Positions 38,732-48,246 of a stretch of 58,558 bases of DNA are shown here, piece by piece (positions within the stretch are counted from its first letter, which is position 1; every line of letters starts with the position of its first letter). The DNA lies in the IMG/VR virus record IMGVR_UViG_3300047550_005955, positions 1-58,558 of that record. One strand, given 5' to 3'. The position numbers and the translations under genes were made by a program. The notes under the pieces were generated by a model. The model was not told where the DNA came from and searched no databases. It saw only the letters and a program-made list of their open reading frames with translations. This DNA comes from a virus. Lineage: Duplodnaviria > Caudoviricetes.

Positions 38732-38977
38732 ATGAAATCTAAAACATTTGACAAGTTTAAGCACATATCTGGCAAAAGAGACTGGAAAAAACGCGAACTA
38801 TTTCTGGATATGGTTAATAATCCGGAAAAATATAAAGGTTTTATTGTGTTTTTAAAAGAAGTAGATGAAGATGAACTATATGAGCCATTTGTTTCTGTAA
38901 AAAAATATTATTTCAACGAAGGCGGCGTATGGCAAACCGGAGATATGTTCGGTGCACCAACATTTTTTGAAGAATAG
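38732..38977 (+). CDS. Stand-alone paralog of the neck protein C-terminal domain
   Basis: ISGKR..FLD.V.N..KY.G..V.L.E.DEDE.Y..F....YFNE.GVW shared with 37930..38721. Confidence 0.75.
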   Translation: MKSKTFDKFKHISGKRDWKKRELFLDMVNNPEKYKGFIVFLKEVDEDELYEPFVSVKKYYFNEGGVWQTGDMFGAPTFFEE

Positions 38978-38988
38978 GCTATAATAAA

Positions 38989-39927
38989 ATGAAAAAGAAC
39001 ACAGAATACGAAAGGATTGGTTTAGAAAGCAAGAATCAGGCTTCCATTGAGCCATCTACAATAGAAACAATCGATCTAGCGATCTATGAATGGCTAGACA
39101 AACAGATGAATATTCATACGCATTCAAATCGCGGATGGAAAAAAACACCGGTTATCTGGGTAAACGGCGAAAGAGCACATCAAATAAAGTTTGACAGAAC
39201 ACTGCGAGATGTCAATGGAAACTTTATATTGCCAGTCATAACGCTGCAAAGAGAAACAATAGTAAAAAGTCTCACAAAAAAGGGAACATTCTATGCAAAT
39301 GTTCCACCCGATGATTTTCGTGGTGGCACCGTCACTGTAACTAAGTTGATATCCCAAGAAAAATCGGGAAACTATGCAAAAAACAACAATAACAAAAAGT
39401 TTGTACAATATAATGTAAAAGAAAAAAATAATAAAAAAATATATGAAGTTACAAAAATACCATTGCCCGTATATGTTGATGTAAAATACACAATAACGGT
39501 TAGTACAGAATATCAGCAACAAATGAATGAAATAATCCAGCCATTTATGACGTATTCTTCTGGTATAAACTATTTTAAAATATCAAAAGAACAGCACATA
39601 TACGAGGCTTTTTTTGATAAAGATTCAACTTTTAAAAATGATGGAAATGTAACAAAACTAGAAAACGAAAATCGCCTATTTAAAACCGAGTTTTCTGTTA
39701 ATGTATTAGGATATTTGCTTGGTGGCGGCGCAAATAATGACAGACCAAAGGTTACAACAACAGAAACAATAGTTGAGGTTAAGTTTCCGCGTGAAAGAGA
39801 ATGGTTTGGCGAAAAAGAAGATGTTGAGCCACTGCCAGTTATACCGCCAGTTGTAGAAGAATATCTGCTATTAGAGGATGGACAAGTATTGTTGGCAGAA
39901 AATGGAGAACCTCTTCTCTTTGAGTGA
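38989..39927 (+). CDS. Tail terminator/sheath stabiliser (gp15-like)
   Basis: PVIWV.GER, LPVITL.R, P.PVYVDVKY.I....QQQMNEII; acidic LLLEDG tail. Confidence 0.7.
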   Translation: MKKNTEYERIGLESKNQASIEPSTIETIDLAIYEWLDKQMNIHTHSNRGWKKTPVIWVNGERAHQIKFDRTLRDVNGNFILPVITLQRETIVKSLTKKGTFYANVPPDDFRGGTVTVTKLISQEKSGNYAKNNNNKKFVQYNVKEKNNKKIYEVTKIPLPVYVDVKYTITVSTEYQQQMNEIIQPFMTYSSGINYFKISKEQHIYEAFFDKDSTFKNDGNVTKLENENRLFKTEFSVNVLGYLLGGGANNDRPKVTTTETIVEVKFPREREWFGEKEDVEPLPVIPPVVEEYLLLEDGQVLLAENGEPLLFE

Positions 39928-40036
39928 ACAAATATTTTGAGATGATATATTCTCTAAATTGGCTTTATTACTTTCTTTTGAGGAAAAAACTTACTATTTA
40001 CATTAGAAATACAACGTTGTATAGGAGTATCATATA

Positions 40037-42904
40037 ATGAGTGGTGCAAATAAGTTCAAATTTATATCTCCAGGTGTTCAGATCAAGGAAATTGATCGCT
40101 CCCAGATTAATAACGTAAGTGACGCCGTAGGACCAGTTATAGTTGGTCGTTCTCGTCGCGGTCCCGGCATGGTACCCGTTAAAGTTCGCTCATACGAAGA
40201 GTTCGTAAGTATATTCGGTGAGCCAGTTCGTGGTTCTAGCGAAGGGGATATTTGGAGAGAAGGAAATCTAACTGCACCAATGTATAGTACTTGGGCTGCA
40301 AAAGCATATTTAGCAAACTCAAATCCAGTAACATTCATACGCCTCATGGGTTCATCACATCCACAATTAGTTGAAGGAGCGGGCGAGGCTGGTTGGAAAA
40401 CCTCAAAATCACTATCAGGTTCTGTCGGTGATAATGGTGGTGGTGCATATGGTTTATTTATAGTTCCATCTGGCTCTAACTCAGTTACCGGCGCTCTTGC
40501 TGCCGTATTTTATGTTGATAGTGGCGTAGGTCTTGCATTAGCCGGTGCTACTTCAGATGGCTCAAGTGTGACTGGTTCTGCTACACTCGTTAAGTCGATT
40601 GGTAATGAACTAGAGTTTAGAATGAAGATTCTTTCCTCTGACAATCTGAACGGAACACCAGTATTAGATACGTCATTTAATTTTGACAAAAACTCAGACA
40701 AATATATTCGTAAAGTATTTAATACAAATCCAACTTTAGTCAATTCAAGTATTACATCTACAGAAAACAGAGAAAAATACTGGCTAGGTGAAACCTTCGC
40801 TGATTTCATGCGCGATACAGTTGGATCCTCTGCGCTTGTTTCCGGTGCTTATGCATTTATTGCCGGATTAAAGAGTACAACTGCAGGCGTAGATTTATCA
40901 AACTTCCAAGTAGAAGCACAGCCAGCAAAAACCGGCTGGATTCTAGGACAGGATTTAAGTACTGTAACCGGCTCTTTCAATCCAGAAAACATGCCAAAAC
41001 TCTTTAGATTTGTCGCTCTTGGTGGCGAAGGTTCTGGCGACTGGACACAAAGAAACATAAAGATTTCTATTAGTAATGTAAAATATTCTCCATCTACTTA
41101 TGAAAAATATGGCTCATTTACCGTAGAAGTCCGCAATACCGCCGATACAGATGCAAGTCCGGCAGTATTGGAAGTGTACACTAATGTAAATTTAAATCCA
41201 GAATCAGAAAATTACATCGCGAAAAGAATCGGCGATAAATATCTAGAATGGACCGATGATACAGTCACTGGAGAAAAGAGACACAGAGTGTTTGGTACAT
41301 TTGATAACGTATCTAAACTAGTTCGTGTTGAAATGAGTCCATTAGTAGAAGAAAATGGCATCGATCCAGAATCATTACCATTCGGATTTTTGGGACCAGT
41401 CAGATACAAGAAGACCGTACTTTCTGCTGGTAGTTTAAGTGGAAACGATATGGTGAAGGCTAGTGGTTCCATTCCGCTTGTACCAACATCATTTAGCGGC
41501 GACGTATATATGCCTGGCTTAAGCGGCAGTTTGTCGGCAGATTTGTTGTTCCCACAGGTTAAACTACGTGTTTCAAGTTCAGATGCGGGTGTATTAAACG
41601 ATCGTGACGCATATTATGGTGTTGTTACAAATCAAGGCACATTATCAAAACTGAATGAAGATTTAGTAGATCTAACTCGCGTCAGACCATCCGATCTGGA
41701 TACATTCGTACCATCTGGTAGTATCACAGAGTATTCAACCATCTTTACTCTTGATGACGTCAGACAAGTATCTGGATCCGGTGGATTGGTTAATGGAAAA
41801 TATTTCTGGGAAAATGGAAGCCGTGTTGCTGGAAGATCAATAAGCGCAACAGAAGGTTCATACAAAGATGTGTTGGATATGGGTGTCGACAAGTTTAGCA
41901 TACCAATGTTTGGTGGCTTCGATGGTTTAAATATAAAAGAAAAAGAACCATTTGCAAATCGTGTACTTGGTGTATCTTCCGATCCAACAGAAAACTACGC
42001 ACAGTATAGTATCCAGAAATCACTAGACATGATTTCGGATCCAGAAGTGGTTGAAATGAATCTTTTGACTGTTCCCGGTGTTACAAACACTACAATAACC
42101 AACAAGGTTCTAGATGTAGCAAGATCAAGAAACGATGCATTGGCAATAGTAGATCTTGAAGGTGGCTATCAGCCAACAACTGAAAATGCAAATCCAGAAC
42201 GTCAAAGACTTGGAAATGTAAATACAGTTGTTTCAAACATCAAGGCTAGAAACCTAAACAATAGTTTTGGTTGTGCTTACTACCCATGGGTATCAATTGA
42301 TGGCGGAAATAGTGTACCACTATGGGTACCACCATCAGTCGTTGCCCTTGGAACAATGGCAAGCAGTCAAGAATCAACTGCAGTTTGGTTTGCTCCAGCC
42401 GGCTTTAATCGCGGTGGATTATCAAACGGTTCAGCGGGTTTGACTGTTCTCGATGTACGTGAAAAACTATCACTCAAGCAGCGCGATGCATTGTATGAAG
42501 TAAATGTAAATCCGATTGCTTCTTTCCCAAGTGAAGGAATTGTAATCTTTGGTCAAAAGACATTACAGGCAACTGCTTCTGCACTTGATCGCATCAATGT
42601 ACGTCGTCTTGTTATCTATCTCAAGGATAAAGTTGGCAAGATTTCAAATGGAGTATTGTTTGATCCAAACTTACAGGTAACTTGGGATCGATTCTTAGCA
42701 CAAGTAAACCCATTAATGGCTGACACCAAGGCTCGTTTTGGTTTAAGTGACTATAAAGTCGTTCTAGATAGTACAACTACTACGCCAGATTTAGTAGATC
42801 GCAACATAATGTATGCCAAGATCTACATCAAGCCCGCGCGTGCAATTGAATTTATCGCGATTGACTTTATCATAACAAATACTGGTGCAAGTTTTGACGA
42901 ATGA
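40037..42904 (+). CDS. Contractile tail sheath protein
   Basis: SPGVQIKEID, WFAPAGFNRG, GQKTLQ..SALDRINVRRL, KPARAIEFI. Confidence 0.97.
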   Translation: MSGANKFKFISPGVQIKEIDRSQINNVSDAVGPVIVGRSRRGPGMVPVKVRSYEEFVSIFGEPVRGSSEGDIWREGNLTAPMYSTWAAKAYLANSNPVTFIRLMGSSHPQLVEGAGEAGWKTSKSLSGSVGDNGGGAYGLFIVPSGSNSVTGALAAVFYVDSGVGLALAGATSDGSSVTGSATLVKSIGNELEFRMKILSSDNLNGTPVLDTSFNFDKNSDKYIRKVFNTNPTLVNSSITSTENREKYWLGETFADFMRDTVGSSALVSGAYAFIAGLKSTTAGVDLSNFQVEAQPAKTGWILGQDLSTVTGSFNPENMPKLFRFVALGGEGSGDWTQRNIKISISNVKYSPSTYEKYGSFTVEVRNTADTDASPAVLEVYTNVNLNPESENYIAKRIGDKYLEWTDDTVTGEKRHRVFGTFDNVSKLVRVEMSPLVEENGIDPESLPFGFLGPVRYKKTVLSAGSLSGNDMVKASGSIPLVPTSFSGDVYMPGLSGSLSADLLFPQVKLRVSSSDAGVLNDRDAYYGVVTNQGTLSKLNEDLVDLTRVRPSDLDTFVPSGSITEYSTIFTLDDVRQVSGSGGLVNGKYFWENGSRVAGRSISATEGSYKDVLDMGVDKFSIPMFGGFDGLNIKEKEPFANRVLGVSSDPTENYAQYSIQKSLDMISDPEVVEMNLLTVPGVTNTTITNKVLDVARSRNDALAIVDLEGGYQPTTENANPERQRLGNVNTVVSNIKARNLNNSFGCAYYPWVSIDGGNSVPLWVPPSVVALGTMASSQESTAVWFAPAGFNRGGLSNGSAGLTVLDVREKLSLKQRDALYEVNVNPIASFPSEGIVIFGQKTLQATASALDRINVRRLVIYLKDKVGKISNGVLFDPNLQVTWDRFLAQVNPLMADTKARFGLSDYKVVLDSTTTTPDLVDRNIMYAKIYIKPARAIEFIAIDFIITNTGASFDE

Positions 42905-42941
42905 TAATATTTATTAATATAACTTAAAGAGGAATTTTAAA

Positions 42942-43574
42942 ATGAGTTTAATTTGGACAAATGCTGCGTTGGAGCCAAAAAGAAAGTTTAAATATTTATT
43001 ATCTTTTACCGGTCTACCAGATTTTCAATTTCTGGCACAAACATGTGATCGTCCGGGGGTTAAAGTTGGCGCGAGCGAGCATAAATATTTTGACAAAACT
43101 TATTATCACCCTGGTAAAGTAACTTGGGATCCAAATCCGCTTAGTGTTAAATTAGTTGATATACAAAAAATAGGAGCAGACACATCAGTAGTTGATACAA
43201 ATGATGGCTTAATGGATCTTTTTGTTAGATCTGGTCTTAGCGGATTAATCGCTGTCGGAGGAGAAGTAAGAACAATAGGCAAATTCTCTGCTGTCAATGC
43301 TTTAGGTACTGTTAATATAAGAGTACTAAACTCTGCATTAAATTCAGAGAATATTGCTCTAAACACATCAGATAATGTTGCAATCACAAGTAATGGCGTT
43401 ACGGAACAATGGATTCTACAAAATGCTTGGCTAGAGTCATTTAAGCCAGATGCTCTAGATTATGCAAGTGAAGACATATTAACAGTCACAATGCAAATAA
43501 GATATGATTGGGCAGAACTCAAAACTGGCGCCGCCGTTGATGATAATACTCCAATTGTTAATAAGTTCGGTTGA
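42942..43574 (+). CDS. Tail tube protein (gp19-like)
   Basis: EPKRKFKY, PGKVTW, EQWILQNAW, LDY, IRYDWA; follows sheath. Confidence 0.85.
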   Translation: MSLIWTNAALEPKRKFKYLLSFTGLPDFQFLAQTCDRPGVKVGASEHKYFDKTYYHPGKVTWDPNPLSVKLVDIQKIGADTSVVDTNDGLMDLFVRSGLSGLIAVGGEVRTIGKFSAVNALGTVNIRVLNSALNSENIALNTSDNVAITSNGVTEQWILQNAWLESFKPDALDYASEDILTVTMQIRYDWAELKTGAAVDDNTPIVNKFG

Positions 43575-43586
43575 TAGAGGTGATTA

Positions 43587-44456
43587 ATGAATGATAGAGA
43601 CAATGAACGTAGGCTCCAAATAGCAGCCGAAGATACAGTCTCTACAAATGCAGTTGCAAGCGGCGGGCTTAAGTCAAAGTTAGACTTGGCTTTTGCCGCT
43701 CCAACTCTTTTTGTAGAACTACCATCAAAAGGGCGATTCTATAAACAAGGCAGTCCTTTACATGGAAAAGAAACTTTAGAAATAAAGTTCATGACAGCCA
43801 AAGAAGAAGATATACTTACTTCTAGGGCTCTTATTAAAAAGGGTATAGTTTTAGATCGATTAATCGAAAGTGTTTTGGTTGATAAGAACATCAACCCGGC
43901 AGAACTACTAATAGGCGATCGCAATGCCATATTGGTTGACGCGCGAATAAGTGGATTTGGCAGTAAATATATTACAAATGTTACTTGTCCATCTTGTAAT
44001 ACAACTGCTAAATTTTCTTTCTTGCTAGATGAAAATAAGAAAGTATTTGATGGCGCTATCCCAGAAAATCTTGCTGATAAAGTTCGCCATGTTAGCGGAA
44101 AGACTTTTTCAATCAAGTTGCCACAAACAGATGTAGATATACATATTCGTCTTATGGATGGTAATGATGAAAAAGCAGTACTGCAAATATCAGAGGCAAA
44201 TAAAAATAACACCATCGATAGCAGTAACACACAGCAACTTAAGTTACTTATTGAGTCAGCCGAAGGCGAAACAGATAAAAAATTAATATCACAGTTCATA
44301 GATGTTATGCCATTGAGGGATTCAAAGTTCCTAAAAGAAACATACAAAGCGTTAACTCCAAATGTTGATTTAACTCAACAGTTCTCCTGTAAAGCCTGTG
44401 ACTTCAGTGCAGACATGGAGGTGCCATTTAATATGGAGTTTTTTTGGGTTAAATGA
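43587..44456 (+). CDS. Tail/baseplate assembly chaperone (gp26-like, two CxxC)
   Basis: VELPSKG.FY, MTAKEEDIL, GDRNAIL..AR...G, CPSC, CKAC; between tube and tape measure. Confidence 0.75.
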   Translation: MNDRDNERRLQIAAEDTVSTNAVASGGLKSKLDLAFAAPTLFVELPSKGRFYKQGSPLHGKETLEIKFMTAKEEDILTSRALIKKGIVLDRLIESVLVDKNINPAELLIGDRNAILVDARISGFGSKYITNVTCPSCNTTAKFSFLLDENKKVFDGAIPENLADKVRHVSGKTFSIKLPQTDVDIHIRLMDGNDEKAVLQISEANKNNTIDSSNTQQLKLLIESAEGETDKKLISQFIDVMPLRDSKFLKETYKALTPNVDLTQQFSCKACDFSADMEVPFNMEFFWVK

Positions 44457-44628
44457 TGAATATATCGAAAGTGTATATGAAGCATTTTTTGCCTTAAAAT
44501 ATCATGGTGGATGGAGTTTTACGGAAGCATACAACTTACCAATACCGATTCGCGATTGGTTTGTCAAGCGTCTGGTAAAGCAGAAAAAAGAAGAAGCAGA
44601 ACAAATAGAAAAAGCATCTAAAAGGTAA
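44440..44628 (+). CDS. Frameshift extension of the chaperone (G/GT-type)
   Basis: +1-frame ORF FFGLNDEYIESVYEAFFALKYHGGWSFTEAYNLPIPIRDWFVKRL.. has no convincing start and overlaps TTT TTT TGG. Confidence 0.65.
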   Translation, partial: FFGLNDEYIESVYEAFFALKYHGGWSFTEAYNLPIPIRDWFVKRLVKQKKEEAEQIEKASKR

Positions 44629-44640
44629 AAATATAAATTT

Positions 44641-44677
44641 ATGTGCTTGTTACTAAATACTATAGTAACAGGCATAT
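44641..44677 (+). promoter_or_regulatory. 15-bp stem hairpin upstream of tape measure gene
   Basis: ATGTGCTTGTTACTA-AATACTA-TAGTAACAGGCATAT with two G-U pairs. Confidence 0.55.
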
Positions 44678-44698
44678 ATTATTTTAGGATCCTATTAA

Positions 44699-47143
44699 AT
44701 GGCTGACAATCCAAAGACACTAGAAGAAGCACTCGAGAGAATACGGGCTCTTGAAGAACAAAATGCCAAAAAAGATAAAATTACTTATGAAAACGCACAA
44801 GATGCACTAGCAATAGAAAGACAAATATTACAACAACTTGAATCAATAAAAGATAAAAAAGATGAAATAGCAGATTCGGATAAAATTATATCAGATCTCG
44901 AACAACAGTTAAATAAAACACAGATTGCTAGATTTAATCTTTTACAAAAAGAATATTTACAACTTCTAGAAAAACAAAAATTAGGAAAAGACTTTTCTAA
45001 GCAAGACGAAGAAAGACTTAAAGATTTAAAAGATCAAACGTTCGAACTTGGTAAACATTTAGAAAATCAAAAACAACAAAAAAAATCACAAGAAGAAATA
45101 AAATCTCTCGGCAACGACATACTTCAGAACATAAAACAACAAACGTTATCACTAGAACAACACATAATGAAAATAAGTGTTGCAACTGGTGGATATGCAG
45201 CGATTAACAGCAACATCAGAGAAGCCGGAAGACTGTCGCAAGCAGCAACAATTGGCACCGGTATAACTGGAGAAGAAAATCTAAAAGCACTGGAATCACT
45301 GTCAAGTGGTTTTATTGGCTTGACAACAAACAGTGCAGAATCTATATCATCAATGCAGGTCGCTTCTGCTCAGTTAAATAAACTAGGTGTAGATCTGGCA
45401 ACCAGTACAAAAGGTTTTGACAGTCTTGTTAATGCGATGGGAAAAACACCACAACAAGCAGCAAAAATACAAGAAAGTTTTGTACAAATGTCTGCAAAAA
45501 ATAGATTGGCGCTAGGAGAAGTAACAAAGGCTTTTTCTGAAAATTCTTCACGTTTTGTTGGCTATGGCGAACAAATGACAAAAGTGTTAGATGGTTTAGC
45601 AGAGCAGTCTCTTAAAACCAGCATTTCAATAAACGGTTTGGTTAAAATTGCCCAGGGATTTGATACCTTTGATGATGCAAGTAAAAAAGTTGGAAGCCTA
45701 AATGCATTATTGGGCGGAGATTATTTTAACAGCGTTGAAATGCTAACTGCCAGCGACGAAGAAAGAATAAGACTTCTTAAAGACGGTGTGGCTGCGTCCG
45801 GAATGCAATGGGAAAGCATGAATCGTTTCCAGAAAATGGCTATTGCAAATGCTGCTGGTATCAGTGATCTAAATGAAGCATCAAAAATGTTTGGAAAAAC
45901 TTCATTAGAAAATACAAAACAACAGGCAGAAGCAGCGCAGGTTCAAAAGACACTTGCCGAACAAGCAGAAAGTGTTAGCCTTGCAACAGATAAGATGAAA
46001 AGTGGATTAAATGGTTTAATGATAGCGGTTGAACCACTTGTTAGTGGCTTGGTAACTTTAGGCGGCTTGCTAGGAGAAGTTATACAAAAATTAAACTGGT
46101 TTTTTAGTGTCGGTGGAAGTTTTCCAACGTTTGGAGCAATTGCTACTAGTGTTATTGTTTTTATAGCAACCAAAGCCAGTTTACTTGGGAAAGCCTTTGG
46201 ATATGTGGGAAGTAAAATAGGGAACGTATTTTCGAAATTTAAATTATTTGCTGCCGAAGCGGCGCCGGCAGATGCGGCTATGACAAAAAGTGGTACCACG
46301 ATATCTTCTTCCCTGAAAACAATAGGTGTCGCCGCGACTAAAGCAGCAATTGGAATATTGGCAATTGGAGCAGCCGCTTTAATGACCGGCGTCGGTATTG
46401 GTCTGGCTGCGCTGGGAATGTCAAAATTGGTTGCATCATTTAAAGATTTAACGGGAAAACAAATACTTGGTGGGCTAGCGGCGATGATTATAGTTATGGG
46501 TGGTTTTATATTGGTAATTGGTTCTTTGGCGGCAGTCGCAATATTTGCTGCAGCCCCAATCGCTGGATTAGCCGGCGCTTTAATGGCTATTGGAGCAGCC
46601 GCCGCGCTAATAGGCGCGGGAATGGGAGCGGCTGCTGCTGGAATTGGCTATATGGTAAATGGTGTTGCTAATCTGGTGGTTGCTTTAGACAATTTAAAAA
46701 CAGACAGTGTCAGCAAGTTGCTTGACATATTCAGTGAAGAAAATATAGAAAAAGTTAATAATTTTGCATCTGCCATAGCAAAACTTAGTGTATCAATGCA
46801 GAGTTTAGGAGATAATCTATCTGCGATTGAACTTCGTCAGCCAACACTTAAATCTGTGGTAGAAAATATTGGAAATGTAAATGTCGATATTAAATCTCCA
46901 GAAAGTTCAGCAGCGCCGACTGCCGGTAGAACAACAGAAAAATCTCTTATCCCAGCAGCACAAACAATGGTTGTGCCAATGGTTGTACAAATAGACGGAA
47001 AGAATTTTATAGAAATATTTAAGAAAGATATTGAAAAGATAGCACAAAAAATTGCAGGAGCAGAAGCGCTTAAAACGCTTGAAACAACCGGGTTTACTCG
47101 ATCTGGCGAATTTGCAGTTGATTTGACAGAACGCGCGCGCTAA
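44699..47143 (+). CDS. Tape measure protein
   Basis: Long helical protein with Ala/Gly hydrophobic region; canonical position. Confidence 0.85.
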   Translation: MADNPKTLEEALERIRALEEQNAKKDKITYENAQDALAIERQILQQLESIKDKKDEIADSDKIISDLEQQLNKTQIARFNLLQKEYLQLLEKQKLGKDFSKQDEERLKDLKDQTFELGKHLENQKQQKKSQEEIKSLGNDILQNIKQQTLSLEQHIMKISVATGGYAAINSNIREAGRLSQAATIGTGITGEENLKALESLSSGFIGLTTNSAESISSMQVASAQLNKLGVDLATSTKGFDSLVNAMGKTPQQAAKIQESFVQMSAKNRLALGEVTKAFSENSSRFVGYGEQMTKVLDGLAEQSLKTSISINGLVKIAQGFDTFDDASKKVGSLNALLGGDYFNSVEMLTASDEERIRLLKDGVAASGMQWESMNRFQKMAIANAAGISDLNEASKMFGKTSLENTKQQAEAAQVQKTLAEQAESVSLATDKMKSGLNGLMIAVEPLVSGLVTLGGLLGEVIQKLNWFFSVGGSFPTFGAIATSVIVFIATKASLLGKAFGYVGSKIGNVFSKFKLFAAEAAPADAAMTKSGTTISSSLKTIGVAATKAAIGILAIGAAALMTGVGIGLAALGMSKLVASFKDLTGKQILGGLAAMIIVMGGFILVIGSLAAVAIFAAAPIAGLAGALMAIGAAAALIGAGMGAAAAGIGYMVNGVANLVVALDNLKTDSVSKLLDIFSEENIEKVNNFASAIAKLSVSMQSLGDNLSAIELRQPTLKSVVENIGNVNVDIKSPESSAAPTAGRTTEKSLIPAAQTMVVPMVVQIDGKNFIEIFKKDIEKIAQKIAGAEALKTLETTGFTRSGEFAVDLTERAR

Positions 47144-47157
47144 TAAGGTATTATATA

Positions 47158-47880
47158 ATGGTATTATATCCAAATCCAAATGAAAGAGCGAGAGTTGTCA
47201 TAACATCTTTGGCACATAAAGATACTGTAGAATTTTTTCCTTATGATTTTGAATTCGACGACAACTACAAGCCAGATTGGAATTCGTATGATGCATTTGG
47301 ACGAATGGATCCTATAATGGTTTACAAAAGGACTTCCCGGGAAGCAAATTTAAACTTTAATTTAGTTGCAGAAGAAAGCATGTTCGATAACGTAGCAAAA
47401 CCACCAGAGCTGGGTCAAGCAGAATATAATTTTAATCAATTACAAAACTTGATCAAATTTCTATATCCGGTATATGACAATCCGGTTGGAAATGTAGATC
47501 AGATAATAAAAAATAAATTTGACAAATTAATTGATCAACAAATAAGAGATCCAAATATTACGCCAGAACAGTTTACGGCAACCTCTCAAGAAGTTCAAAG
47601 AACTACAGATATTCTGACACAAGCAAGACAAGAAGCGATAGATTATGGTATTCAAACAATAAAAAAATCGCCACTTATAACAATAAGCTTTATGAACTTG
47701 TTAAACAATCAACAATATGTTGCTGCTATAACCAGTTTTAAACATAAAATGAAGTTTGATGTTGGAAATTCGAGGTTTATGGAAAGAGGTATGGCTTATC
47801 CGGGTGAAATCAATATTAATATCGGCTTCAGAATTGTACACACTTCGATACCAGGACAATATATTAACTATGAAATTTAA
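47158..47880 (+). CDS. Tube-initiator/baseplate protein
   Basis: F.DNY.PDWN....GRMDPI..YKRT.R pattern after tape measure. Confidence 0.65.
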   Translation: MVLYPNPNERARVVITSLAHKDTVEFFPYDFEFDDNYKPDWNSYDAFGRMDPIMVYKRTSREANLNFNLVAEESMFDNVAKPPELGQAEYNFNQLQNLIKFLYPVYDNPVGNVDQIIKNKFDKLIDQQIRDPNITPEQFTATSQEVQRTTDILTQARQEAIDYGIQTIKKSPLITISFMNLLNNQQYVAAITSFKHKMKFDVGNSRFMERGMAYPGEININIGFRIVHTSIPGQYINYEI

Positions 47881-47891
47881 TTGAGATTTTT

Positions 47892-48233
47892 ATGACTATT
47901 AAAAGATATACAAATAGAACCTTAAAATACAATTCCAATCAACTAATACAGAAAATATTGGAACGTAAAAATATTATTGGTATAAAACATTACAACTCCC
48001 CAGTTATTGAGATACCAACTTATTTGGATAGAGTAAATATAAAAACCACCACTGAAGTTTGGAAACGCGGCGATAGACTGTACAAATATGCAGAAAAATA
48101 TTACTCTAATCCAGAATTGTGGTGGATTATTGCTATGTACAACAATAAGCCAACAGATGCGCACTTTGCAATTGGCGATGTTTTTTACATTCCGATTGAT
48201 TTGGCGAATTTATTTGAATATGCAAAAATCTAG
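47892..48233 (+). CDS. LysM-like baseplate wedge protein (gp53/gpX-like)
   Basis: GDRLYKYAEKYY.NPELWWIIA..N..GD..YIP. Confidence 0.8.
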   Translation: MTIKRYTNRTLKYNSNQLIQKILERKNIIGIKHYNSPVIEIPTYLDRVNIKTTTEVWKRGDRLYKYAEKYYSNPELWWIIAMYNNKPTDAHFAIGDVFYIPIDLANLFEYAKI

Positions 48234-48246
48234 TGAGTGAAACGTT

